Assembly: GCA_041750285.1 (NCBI GenBank)
Contig: JBGSZS010000020.1
Span: forward strand, 1-64,000
From: Candidatus Fermentibacteraceae bacterium
GTDB taxonomy: Bacteria > Fermentibacterota > Fermentibacteria > Fermentibacterales > JCC-6
Length of the DNA stretch: 64,000 nucleotides
Direction of reading: 5' to 3'
Shown one piece after another: positions 57,001 through 64,000 of this stretch. The notes beneath the pieces are model-generated. The model searched no databases. It had not been told where the DNA came from and saw nothing but the letters and a program-made list of their open reading frames with translations. Each line of letters begins with the position of its first letter. Position 1 is the stretch's first letter. The translations under genes and the position numbers were made by a program.

Positions 57001-58013
57001 AGAAGCGGAATCCTGTCGTGAATGTGGTGTGCGGGGATCTCCTTGAAATTGTCGTAGTAGAGATTGGTGGTTCCGGGGGTCAACGCCATTCCGTACACGA
57101 AACAGGCATCCTGGGGATCAATGCAGATAGTCGCGCACGGAAGGGCGTTCAGGGCGCCTATGATGGATGAGTGGTACGAGGCGCCGGGTATGTCACGCAG
57201 TAGCACAAGGTCGATCTGGTTGCCCACATAGTCGTAGGTTTCCAGCATGTCGTCCGTGAGTGAGATCACGGTCAGACCCCAGTAGGCCATTTTCTGTATG
57301 ATCCTGTACTGGTCGGGGGTTGGAGCAAAGGCCGTGGAGTCGCCATCGACGTTGACCACCGCGATACCCGAGAGAGGGGGTACCGGTATGAACATGGGGT
57401 CGATGTCGCGGTCGAGTCCGAGGTTCCTGGGACTGATCGTTGTGCGCATGGTGGTCGAGTAGATGTCTCCCATGTAGGTGTCCTGCAGTACAAGCGTTAC
57501 CCTTATGTGCCTCACGGCGTCGCGGTCCTGCAGGGAAAGGGGCTGGGAGAGTTCGCTTCCGTCCTCGTCCATGTAGTCGAACTGAACGCTCGTGATGTTG
57601 TAGCCGGCGCGGCGCTGCATCACAGCCTTGTCCGTTATCAGGACCGTGTTCTCCGAACCGAGAAAGATCCTGCGGTACTCGTCATCGTCGACCTGCCCCC
57701 AGGGCGCATGGTAATCAGCGTAGAAAGTGAAGCTGCCGGGGTCCGTTTCGTGCACGGGATGCCACAGGTCGCCGTCAATTCCGCCATGGGGCAGATAACC
57801 CGCCCAGATGATCTCGTCCGTGATCTGTTCAAGGGCCAGGCGCCCCGCTGTTGACAGTTCGTTCTGACGCCTGCTGAAGTGGAACTGCTCCATGCCTTTG
57901 GTGAAGAAGAAGAAGACTGCGGCGAATATCACGCCCAGCACTCCCACGACGATCATCAGTTCCACCAGGGACATACCCCTTCGGTGATGATCTCTGACAA
58001 AGTTGAACTTCAT
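54057..58013 (-). CDS. Giant type IV pilin-like protein (~1318 aa; PilW/GspJ-like head, alpha/beta domain, four jelly-roll domains and an extra module)
   Basis: RRG|MSLVELMI, EIIWAGY, FDYMDEDG, VRHIRVTL, ISPRNL head; FETGYDYGYVQISVNGG.W, IDLAPYKG..VRFRF.F.SD....EGWYLDD. Confidence 0.87.
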   Translation of the reverse strand: MKFNFVRDHHRRGMSLVELMIVVGVLGVIFAAVFFFFTKGMEQFHFSRRQNELSTAGRLALEQITDEIIWAGYLPHGGIDGDLWHPVHETDPGSFTFYADYHAPWGQVDDDEYRRIFLGSENTVLITDKAVMQRRAGYNITSVQFDYMDEDGSELSQPLSLQDRDAVRHIRVTLVLQDTYMGDIYSTTMRTTISPRNLGLDRDIDPMFIPVPPLSGIAVVNVDGDSTAFAPTPDQYRIIQKMAYWGLTVISLTDDMLETYDYVGNQIDLVLLRDIPGASYHSSIIGALNALPCATICIDPQDACFVYGMALTPGTTNLYYDNFKEIPAHHIHDRIPLLSPADLVFTMYDTLIVPPITPVMNYLEDLTPITETITTIDGFGSTPGLVSVRDEELPTRRVFYGLPAATGYTGDGYQFLWNVLHWTLGGSGGGSPGDPITAAEGFEGAGSAVTPVVLWEDDLNSPQVVSDSIPLFFDDFSAKGGKALTWNTYSLGPDGMIGVVDESLRMQRRVAGAQTRNLAGVVLDLSPYSIWTDDLYLKVSTLRGTNETIDASDGVFFLDFTGVPQTILTQNFNNVGMASGDITFWGSLYGRSRVHAPSGWPGNGGFVTLDSRREGFDGQVRMMIEVPTTGLASNTQFTVNYRFHDHNDQNHAYNAGSGTGDFLGWNSHGVIEGTVNHVADFVPQSYGNAEWTDRSAVFTIPGIPPDPLYLIFAQYDNGMAVDFSTNRGISIDDVEVIAGSADTTYTRIGVPSSGADWSTINVDLNAAAMPPSGPGFVSDFGVLLSQAGTGPWDIHGICWDDFEVGMAVDRLTMPGWTHNPILTGIDDWSVHQSTSDPSDYMWSLHANDPDYYSNFAHCFLETPSFMIPLEAIDPELSFRSDFEFETGYDYGYVQISVNGGSWTDLGLTSGLNYNAVIGGRDVFSGSRSWSTEVIDLAPYKGSSVRFRFVFYSDLSVIREGWYLDDFYAHCLIEGHEITSIDFQTSVVANMTFDHVDVYMGSTDQTTLSGGRWEPSELFLAYSGPLVFSNTQQWQTIPLDNSYFLPVDANLRVKIVSDNQTMGFGTFRHEGIENVCRAAWGGTPPTFLPVQTTRPVTRVTIGGSPVTVGESGTQYSSNMPVSFDFRFTDFEAIYTAPELGLFNPVTWTSGGTTAGTAGNEWEIGAPAFWPAPDPALTAENGTSIAGTDLTINGYYEDEAWWWFASSGYEMADAAAYDTVNVRFYRCLRLATNDFGYVQIAFDDDPDRNPEELSWENIRTYSGVYDNNWQYETINLTAEFNANSSFDYYFIRFVLSSGLWLKQGGWNLDNIQFFGRTTGK

Positions 58014-58026
58014 TGTGCCCACCCCC

Positions 58027-58395
58027 CTAGAACAGGATGCTGAGGCTTGTGGAATCGGCCCCTTCCGGGCCGCTCCACGTTACACGACACTTGATCAGCT
58101 TCGCTGCGGGGTATTCGAGATAGGGCGAGGAGACGAACACCTGCCTGCTGAAGCCGTCGGGAAGGCTTTCGACAGGACCTGCTCCGTCAGGCAGGGAGGC
58201 GACGTCGATCGTGCGCATCTCCTCGAGTTGTTCCCTGCAGTACTGAAGGCCCTTGGTCATCTGGTCCATCGTCTGGGAGTTGCGTATTATGTGCAGGAAG
58301 AATACCGCAATACCCGCGACTATTATCGCCATCAGTATCGATGCGATGACGACCTCGATGAGGGTAAAACCTCCGCTCCCCCTGATCCTGCTCAT
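58027..58395 (-). CDS. Small type IV minor pilin (PilV/GspI-like)
   Basis: GG|FTLIEVVIA, QLEEMR, FSRQVFV, K.I.C.VTW. Confidence 0.87.
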   Translation of the reverse strand: MSRIRGSGGFTLIEVVIASILMAIIVAGIAVFFLHIIRNSQTMDQMTKGLQYCREQLEEMRTIDVASLPDGAGPVESLPDGFSRQVFVSSPYLEYPAAKLIKCRVTWSGPEGADSTSLSILF

Positions 58396-58760
58396 CTTTC
58401 ATCCTCCTGAGAGTTGAAGCTGAATTGTCTTGCCAGTTCAACGGTAATGGAATCGCCTCTTGAAACCCTGACCGTAAGGAGACGGGTCCTGTCGCCAGAC
58501 CAGGCCAGGGTGGTTCTTACAAGGAATTGCCTCCCCATTATGGTGTCGGTTCTCTCCGATGAGAACGGCTCGGGGAGAGGGATCTCCGACTCGATGTCAC
58601 GCACCTCGAGCACAGCGAGTGTCAGGGCGTCCTGCCTCAGTTCAAGGTTGCGGGAACCTCTGAAGAAGTACTGCAGCGTCAGGGCCAGCACCCCCAGCAC
58701 CAGAACGATGACCACCGAGGCAACAAGCACTTCAACCAGTGTGAAACCACGTGCCTTCAC
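58392..58760 (-). CDS. Small type IV minor pilin (PilV/GspI-like)
   Basis: ARG|FTLVEVLVA, ALTLA, LLTVRVS. Confidence 0.87.
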   Translation of the reverse strand: MKARGFTLVEVLVASVVIVLVLGVLALTLQYFFRGSRNLELRQDALTLAVLEVRDIESEIPLPEPFSSERTDTIMGRQFLVRTTLAWSGDRTRLLTVRVSRGDSITVELARQFSFNSQEDER

Positions 58761-60202
58761 TGTTCCCCCGGCCCTTCACGCTCGGTGAACACCCTGCAGG
58801 CGGGGGGGGCGCCGTAAACGAGGATCCGGTATGACGAGCGGCTGGTCTCGTTGCGGGAAGTGCTGGAGGTTTCGATGATCTGAGCCGTCCCGTCTCCCGC
58901 GAGGGGATTGAAGACGGCGTCGAAACCGCCTTCGACGGGAGAGAAAACATCCACATCAAGGCCGTCTGCATCACCCCAGACGCAGCTTCCGGCTGCCAGG
59001 ACCGGGAGGATCCGGCCTCCGTTCAGCGAAGCCATCATGACTGAATCGGAGATGACGCCAGTCATCAAAGTTCCGCGGCCGAAGAACCTTCCCGCCCATG
59101 GTTCCAGCAGGGCGCCGGTGGGCTGAAAGATCCCGAAACCGTCGTGACTGAGCCGTGTCCAGACAGACTCGCCGCCGGAAAGGGTCCACTTCGCACCGAG
59201 ACCCAGGCTGCCCTCGATGGAACCCCAGGCAGCCAGGGCGGCATCGCGGGATGGACTGGCGGAATGAAGACCGGTGGAAGTAAGGGTGAAGAGGGTTCGT
59301 GGTCCCGCCCAGGCTATGTCCTCACGGCCGTCGCGGTTGAAATCGCCGAAAAACACCTCGCCGACCGGAGGTGCAAGTGTGAAGGAGCTTGGTGAACCCG
59401 GGCTGCCGAAAACTTCACCCGATGGTGTTACCACCGGACATGTCCCGACAGGTGAGATGAGCTTCCGGCAAGCGCCTGTTCCGATGTCGACAACCGTCCC
59501 CAGGTTGGAGCCGTTGCTCACGGCAAGGAGGGGGGTTCCGCCCGGATCGCCGAATGAAAGCACCGAGGAGGGATTGAAAGCCTCGATCGCAGCATCGGTG
59601 ACATGTACGAAACCGTCGCTGGTAACCACCGCAACCTTCCGGCCATCGACCGTATCCAGCACAAGAAGCGCCGCGTCTGTACCGTTCCAGGTGGCGGCGC
59701 AGCCCATGACGAGCGATGGTGAAAGGTCCGAGCGGAAAACACCTGTCCTTTCAGCGCCTGAACCCTCGTAGACGTAGACGGTGAGCCCGTTCTCGGGAGT
59801 CACTGCAAAAAGCAGCCTCCCGGCCGGGACAACGAGCGGGACCGCATCCCCTCCGGTGGCGTAACCCGCTGTACGGGGTCCAACCTGTTCATTGCCCGAT
59901 ACGGTGAAGACCGTGGTGACGCCGGCAAGTTCGTAGGAATGGGAGCTGCCCGTTTCGAGCAGCCCTTCGCGTTCGACCTTCAACACCAGGGCCTCGAGGG
60001 CGCTTGCCTCGGAAAGGGCAACCTGGGCGTCCCGCTCCCTTTGGAGCTGCCCGGATATCATCCGGTCCATCAGGGTGAAAAGGATTCCTGCGGCAAGCAT
60101 GACAATGAGTGCGGCAGCAATGGCTATGAAGATCGCTGCTCCACGGTTCCGGCAGGCCCGGTTCGCTCTGCCGACTGATCGCGGGGCACGAAAACGGATC
60201 AT
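58757..60202 (-). CDS. PilX-like pilin with inserted FG-GAP-type beta-repeat region
   Basis: RNRG|AAIFIAI hydrophobic helix, then amphipathic helix; FFGDFNRDGREDIAW and WGDADG motifs; ATG 60202 with AAAGG SD (TTG 60211 alternative). Confidence 0.7.
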   Translation of the reverse strand: MIRFRAPRSVGRANRACRNRGAAIFIAIAAALIVMLAAGILFTLMDRMISGQLQRERDAQVALSEASALEALVLKVEREGLLETGSSHSYELAGVTTVFTVSGNEQVGPRTAGYATGGDAVPLVVPAGRLLFAVTPENGLTVYVYEGSGAERTGVFRSDLSPSLVMGCAATWNGTDAALLVLDTVDGRKVAVVTSDGFVHVTDAAIEAFNPSSVLSFGDPGGTPLLAVSNGSNLGTVVDIGTGACRKLISPVGTCPVVTPSGEVFGSPGSPSSFTLAPPVGEVFFGDFNRDGREDIAWAGPRTLFTLTSTGLHSASPSRDAALAAWGSIEGSLGLGAKWTLSGGESVWTRLSHDGFGIFQPTGALLEPWAGRFFGRGTLMTGVISDSVMMASLNGGRILPVLAAGSCVWGDADGLDVDVFSPVEGGFDAVFNPLAGDGTAQIIETSSTSRNETSRSSYRILVYGAPPACRVFTEREGPGEQ

Positions 60203-60205
60203 GCT

Positions 60206-60253
60206 TGGCAACCTTTCTTTCTGTATGCGAGAAAGAAAGCAAATTCGTTGCCA
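60206..60253. repeat. Interrupted inverted repeat overlapping the sigma-54 promoter and SD
   Basis: TGGCAAC-CTTTCTTTCT-[GTATGCG]-AGAAAGAAAG-[CAAATTC]-GTTGCCA. Confidence 0.85.
60238..60253 (-). promoter_or_regulatory. Sigma-54 (-24/-12) promoter of the pilin operon
   Basis: Minus strand TGGCAACGAATTTGCT = TGGCA-N6-TTGCW with GG-N10-GC spacing; AT-rich tract immediately upstream. Confidence 0.78.
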
Positions 60254-60347
60254 CGTGGATTACCCATTTTACTTAAATATTAATGGATTTATTGATGTTT
60301 TGTTCCGGAATGCCATGAACGGGGATGCACAGACCAGGCAGGGCTTT

Positions 60348-61205
60348 TCACACCCCGATGTAGAACCCGCCAGGCCTCCTGACAGCAAGTCCGCTGAGTT
60401 CGAGGTCGAGAAGACGGGCCCTGATCTCGGATTCGGCAAGGCCCATTACCATGGAAAGCTCCTCAGGAGTGGCCTCCCGGGTCCGGATCAGGGTCAGCAG
60501 AGGGTCATTCACCATCGGTTCCAGTGGGGTTCGTTCCCCGATTCCCATTGCCCTCAGTATGTCTGCGGTCTCCAGTACGATCCCGGCACCGTCACGGATC
60601 AGGCGGTTGCTTCCAACTGCGGATGAGCGTGTGATCTCGCCCGGAACCGCAAGCACTTCCCGTCCCTGGTCGAGAGCGGTTCCCACTGTGATCATGGTGC
60701 CGCTTTTCTCACCCGCCTCGACAACGACCACCGCGCCGGCGAGACCGCTTATGATCCTGTTGCGCTCGGGGAAGGTGTGCCTTGCAGGGTCTGCGCCGGG
60801 AGGATACTCGCTTACCAGCAGACCCTTTTCGATGATCGAGTTCGAGAGCCTTTCATGCTCGGGAGGGTAGATCACGTCGATCCCGCTCCCGAGAACGGCC
60901 ACGGTGACCCCTCCCCCGTCGAGGGCTCCCTGGTGGGCCTCGGCATCGATGCCACGGGCCATTCCACTGACGACGGCAACGCCGCACAGGGCAAGCTCCC
61001 TGGCAAGCGTCCGGGCAGTGCGCCTTCCGTAGAGCGAACACCTTCTCGATCCGATGACGGCCACCGAATGGGGAAAGGAGTTGAGGGAGACCGATCCCCG
61101 GTGGAACAGGATGGCGGGTGCGTCAGGAATCGAGGCGAGGGCTTCGGGGTAATCCGGGGCGCCGAACCAGGTGGCTCTCACATGAAGTCTGGCACATGTC
61201 TCCAT
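60348..61205 (-). CDS. dprA: DNA-processing protein DprA (Smf)
   Basis: YPEAL..IPDAP, VAVIGSR.CS.YG, VSGMARGIDA.AH, FPERNRIISGL, VVEA.EKSGT.IT, GSNRLIRDGA, C-terminal winged helix. Confidence 0.95.
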   Translation of the reverse strand: METCARLHVRATWFGAPDYPEALASIPDAPAILFHRGSVSLNSFPHSVAVIGSRRCSLYGRRTARTLARELALCGVAVVSGMARGIDAEAHQGALDGGGVTVAVLGSGIDVIYPPEHERLSNSIIEKGLLVSEYPPGADPARHTFPERNRIISGLAGAVVVVEAGEKSGTMITVGTALDQGREVLAVPGEITRSSAVGSNRLIRDGAGIVLETADILRAMGIGERTPLEPMVNDPLLTLIRTREATPEELSMVMGLAESEIRARLLDLELSGLAVRRPGGFYIGV

Positions 61206-61336
61206 CGCTCTTTCGAGGGATGTGTCTGACGGGGCGGATGCAAAACGGGAAGTCGCTTCCGGGCCGCGTTCGGGCAGCAGCCTTCTGAGTTCCCTGCGGT
61301 TGGGGCGGCCTCCCAGTGCCAGTACGAGCAGGGCCC

Positions 61337-62329
61337 TTAACTCCGCAGTTCCCGAACCCTGCCCGCGAGGGTCGTAAGAAATGCCTTCACCCCCGTTCCG
61401 GTGGCCGAACTGAGGGCAATGGCGCCTTCGGGAAGGGTTCCGAGAAGGGATTCGAGCTGTTCGGGGGGGACGAGGTCGGCCTTGGACAGGACAACCAGAG
61501 ACTGGGTATCCTGGAAACCGCCATACTCCAACAGCTCGGCTTGAAGCGCGGAAAGCTGCTGCGATGGTGACAGCTCGAGGTCGGGCGAGAGAACGAACAC
61601 CAGGAGCCTGTTGCGCTCTGCGTGACGCAGAAACCGGAAACCCAGGCCGATCCCGCGGGCGGCGCCCCGGATCAGCCCGGGAAGGTCCGCTATGACGAAG
61701 CTTTCGCCGGTGCCTGTCTTCACGACACCCAGGGCCGGGTGAAGGGTCGTGAAGGGGTAGTCTCCCACCTTGGGCCTTGCGGAACTCACAACTCTGACCA
61801 GTGTGGATTTGCCGGCATTGGGAAAGCCCACCAGACCTGCATCTGCCATGAGCTTCAGCTCCAGTCGGAGTTGAAGCTCCCTTCCGGGGCTTCCCTTCGT
61901 GAACTGCCTGGGGGTCCGGTTCCTCGAAGTGGCAAAGGCGGAGTTGCCGCGGCCGTGGGCGCCCCCCCGCACCACCATGAACTTCTCGCCGTCTTCGGTG
62001 AGGTCGGCCAGAAGGTCTCCGGTCTGATTGTCGTAGACTTGCGTTCCCGGAGGGATCCGCAGGACAAGGTGTTTTCCGGCGGCGCCGGTGCAGTCCGACG
62101 AGCCGCCGGGCTGCCCGTCTTCAGCCCGGAAAAGCGTTCCTCCAACGAAATCCGCGAGAGTTGACAGCTTGCGGTCCACCAGAAGGTAGACGCTTCCGCC
62201 GTTGCCGCCGTTACCGCCGGAGGGTCCTCCCTTGGGTACGAGGGCCTCCCTGCGAAAGGCTACCAGCCCATCCCCACCCTTGCCGGAGCGGACAAGAATG
62301 ACGACCCTGTCGATGAATCTGCCGTCCAA
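61337..62329 (-). CDS. obgE: GTPase ObgE/CgtA
   Basis: FIDRV....SGKGGDG..AFRRE..VPKGGPSGGNGG, GLVGFPNAGKST, YPFTTL.P, DLPGLI.GA..G.GLG.RFLRH. Confidence 0.96.
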   Translation of the reverse strand: MDGRFIDRVVILVRSGKGGDGLVAFRREALVPKGGPSGGNGGNGGSVYLLVDRKLSTLADFVGGTLFRAEDGQPGGSSDCTGAAGKHLVLRIPPGTQVYDNQTGDLLADLTEDGEKFMVVRGGAHGRGNSAFATSRNRTPRQFTKGSPGRELQLRLELKLMADAGLVGFPNAGKSTLVRVVSSARPKVGDYPFTTLHPALGVVKTGTGESFVIADLPGLIRGAARGIGLGFRFLRHAERNRLLVFVLSPDLELSPSQQLSALQAELLEYGGFQDTQSLVVLSKADLVPPEQLESLLGTLPEGAIALSSATGTGVKAFLTTLAGRVRELRS

Positions 62330-62347
62330 GGGACCCCCCGGGCAGGG

Positions 62348-63913
62348 TTACTGGGAGTAACGCTGAACCCTGTCTATTTTCTCCTCGCAGAGGCTGATGG
62401 CGTTCCGCGCGGCGGCGACCATGTTCTGGGCCTGAGCAGCCCTGAAACCGGTTACCTGGTTGAGCGAGCCGATCGCCGCGTTGAGCTCGCTGATGGCGGC
62501 TTCCCATGTCGGGATGTTCGAGGCCACCAGCTCGGATACCTGAGCCTTGTTGACGCCGCTCTGGTAGTAGAACGAGCCCACCATGTAGTTCGCGGTGGGA
62601 TCACCGGGGTATGCGTTCTGGAGTCTGTTGAACACGCCCTGCATGGCGGACCTCTGGCCGCTGTCGCGATAGACTGTTGCCAGGAGAAGGTATGCCTGCC
62701 GGCTGCCGCTCGAACTGATTATGCCCTCGAGCCTCGTGACGGCGGAGGATGTCCGGCCGGCCCTTGCCTCGAGCTGCGCCGCGTACAGGGCGGTCTGCTC
62801 GTCGTAGTCATGTTCGAGAACGGTGACGACATTGTCGGCCGCAGCGCCGTAGCTTCCCGTCTCCTCCTGAGCCCTTGCGAGCCTCACGCGGATGTTGTCC
62901 CAATCCGGGCGGACCTGAAGTATGGCCTCCATGTGCGGGATGGCCTCGGTGTAGTTGCCGATCTGGGCGTAGAGAAGACCAAGGGCGTACCTTGCCTGAA
63001 GGTTCTGGGGATTGGCGGCGAGGGCCGACTCGAAGCTTGCAAGCGCCTGGTCGACCATGCCCATGGAATTGTATGCGGAAGCCAGGCCGGCATAGGCGGG
63101 AGCGTTGTCGGGATCGGCCTCGATGGCCTGTTCGAAGAAGCTCCTCGCGCTGTCGTACTGCTGGCGCCTGAGGGCTATCTCTCCAAGGCCTGTCAGGGCG
63201 TCGGGATTCAAGGGTTCCTGCGCGATTATCCCGTTGAGGATGACCTCGGCCCGGTCAACGGAATCCACCGCGCTTCTGAGGTAGATGTCGGCGAGATCGA
63301 GCCTTGCCTGAAGGTGGTTGGGGTCGACCTCGAGAACCTGCTTGTAGGTCATTATGGCCATGGGCCAGTTCTCGGTGCTGGCGTGGTAGACCGCCATGTT
63401 GAGCGTCTCGTCAACCCTGCCGCCGATCTGGCTGCTGATCGCTTCCACGATTGACTGGGCAAGGGCCTGAACGGGACCGGTGTTCTTCGGGACCATTGAA
63501 GGCGCCGGGCTGATGGTGTTTCCGCTGGCGACGACCATGATGGTCCAGATCACCTGGTACTCGGTGCCGCCAGTGGGAGCCACGAAGCCGAAAATGACGA
63601 GGTCTGCGCCCATGGCTGCTCCCGCTGTGGGAACGAACTCGGGGGGAACCCCGTACCTGAAACCCGACGGATCGAAGCCTGCATCCTCGAAGGCGCGGTT
63701 AAGGTCTCTGTCGGACACCACGCTGTAGGAAGCGTTCTCCTCAAGGGCGGAGCGGATGAAATCGTGGAGCTTCTCGCTTATCCAGCGGGAGTTGTCGTCG
63801 CTGTTGCCGAACGGGATGATCCCGACCGTAGAGCTGCCGTCGGTTCCACTTGCAACAGCAGTGGAACATGCAGTGACGAAGAAGAAAACCAGAACCGCGG
63901 TAAGCCTTGTCAT
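62348..63913 (-). CDS. Exported TPR protein with N-terminal TolB/CsgG-like alpha/beta domain
   Basis: Signal peptide; VGIIPF.N....WIS, GADLVIFG.V; many TPR motifs (ALTGLG..A, AYAGLA..Y, ARYALG..Y). Confidence 0.82.
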   Translation of the reverse strand: MTRLTAVLVFFFVTACSTAVASGTDGSSTVGIIPFGNSDDNSRWISEKLHDFIRSALEENASYSVVSDRDLNRAFEDAGFDPSGFRYGVPPEFVPTAGAAMGADLVIFGFVAPTGGTEYQVIWTIMVVASGNTISPAPSMVPKNTGPVQALAQSIVEAISSQIGGRVDETLNMAVYHASTENWPMAIMTYKQVLEVDPNHLQARLDLADIYLRSAVDSVDRAEVILNGIIAQEPLNPDALTGLGEIALRRQQYDSARSFFEQAIEADPDNAPAYAGLASAYNSMGMVDQALASFESALAANPQNLQARYALGLLYAQIGNYTEAIPHMEAILQVRPDWDNIRVRLARAQEETGSYGAAADNVVTVLEHDYDEQTALYAAQLEARAGRTSSAVTRLEGIISSSGSRQAYLLLATVYRDSGQRSAMQGVFNRLQNAYPGDPTANYMVGSFYYQSGVNKAQVSELVASNIPTWEAAISELNAAIGSLNQVTGFRAAQAQNMVAAARNAISLCEEKIDRVQRYSQ

Positions 63914-64000
63914 GCCGGACTCCCTCCGAAGGTGAAGTGATCGTAAGGTTTGACTGAAACAGATGCGGTAATATCGTGTCTGAAAGCGTGCGGCGCAAGC

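Noticed and set aside
48209..58013. Giant pilins as M6 (immune inhibitor A) metalloproteases
   Set aside because: Only the accessory jelly-roll motifs are present; I found no HExxH zinc motif in either protein
60206..60253. Inverted repeat as invertible-promoter ends or classical rho-independent terminator
   Set aside because: No recombinase in the window, the inner segment is only 7 bp, and the stem is AT-rich with no following U-tract
1..64000. tRNA, rRNA, IS elements, integrases, prophage or defence genes
   Set aside because: No cloverleaf or rRNA-like segment, transposase, integrase, phage structural or nuclease motif recognised; intergenic gaps are nearly all too short

Overview
A GC-rich, very densely packed chromosomal segment from a diderm bacterium, probably anaerobic (BamD, LolA, SurA, a HydE-like radical SAM enzyme, several HD-GYP proteins; the lineage cannot be fixed from sequence alone). 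I found no rRNA, tRNA, CRISPR array or mobile element. Bases 1-7.7 kb (+ strand) carry a NifB/NifX-domain gene fragment, thioesterases, an arsR-acr3-arsR unit, pepF and a PAS/HD-GYP gene. Bases 7.7-41.6 kb are mostly minus-strand housekeeping and envelope operons: fmt/def/yajC/ftsEX, four parvulin/SurA-type chaperones, mfd, an M23 peptidase, upp, tyrS, amrAB, dapAB, SPFH/NfeD, pilT, nadD, bamD, rimO, lolA, ftsK, aroK/aroE and two radical SAMs. Within this block is an unusual HU/IHF-like protein fused to a CBM48-like glycogen-binding domain, translationally coupled to ftsK. Bases 41.7-45.7 kb hold a CAP protein and an intact plus degenerate pair of membrane HD-GYP proteins. The most striking element is 45.6-60.3 kb: an eight-gene operon behind a well-matching sigma-54 promoter and directly downstream of dprA. 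It encodes seven class III signal peptide (type IV pilin-like) proteins and an 8-repeat lipoprotein. Two of the pilins are paralogous giants (~972 and ~1318 aa) whose four jelly-roll domains appear nested inside one another, and the larger one also carries an apparently circularly permuted module. Two are PilX/DUF4900-like beta-solenoid pilins, one is a PilX-like pilin with an inserted FG-GAP region, and two are small PilV-like pilins. All family assignments come from motif recognition by eye, not database searches.
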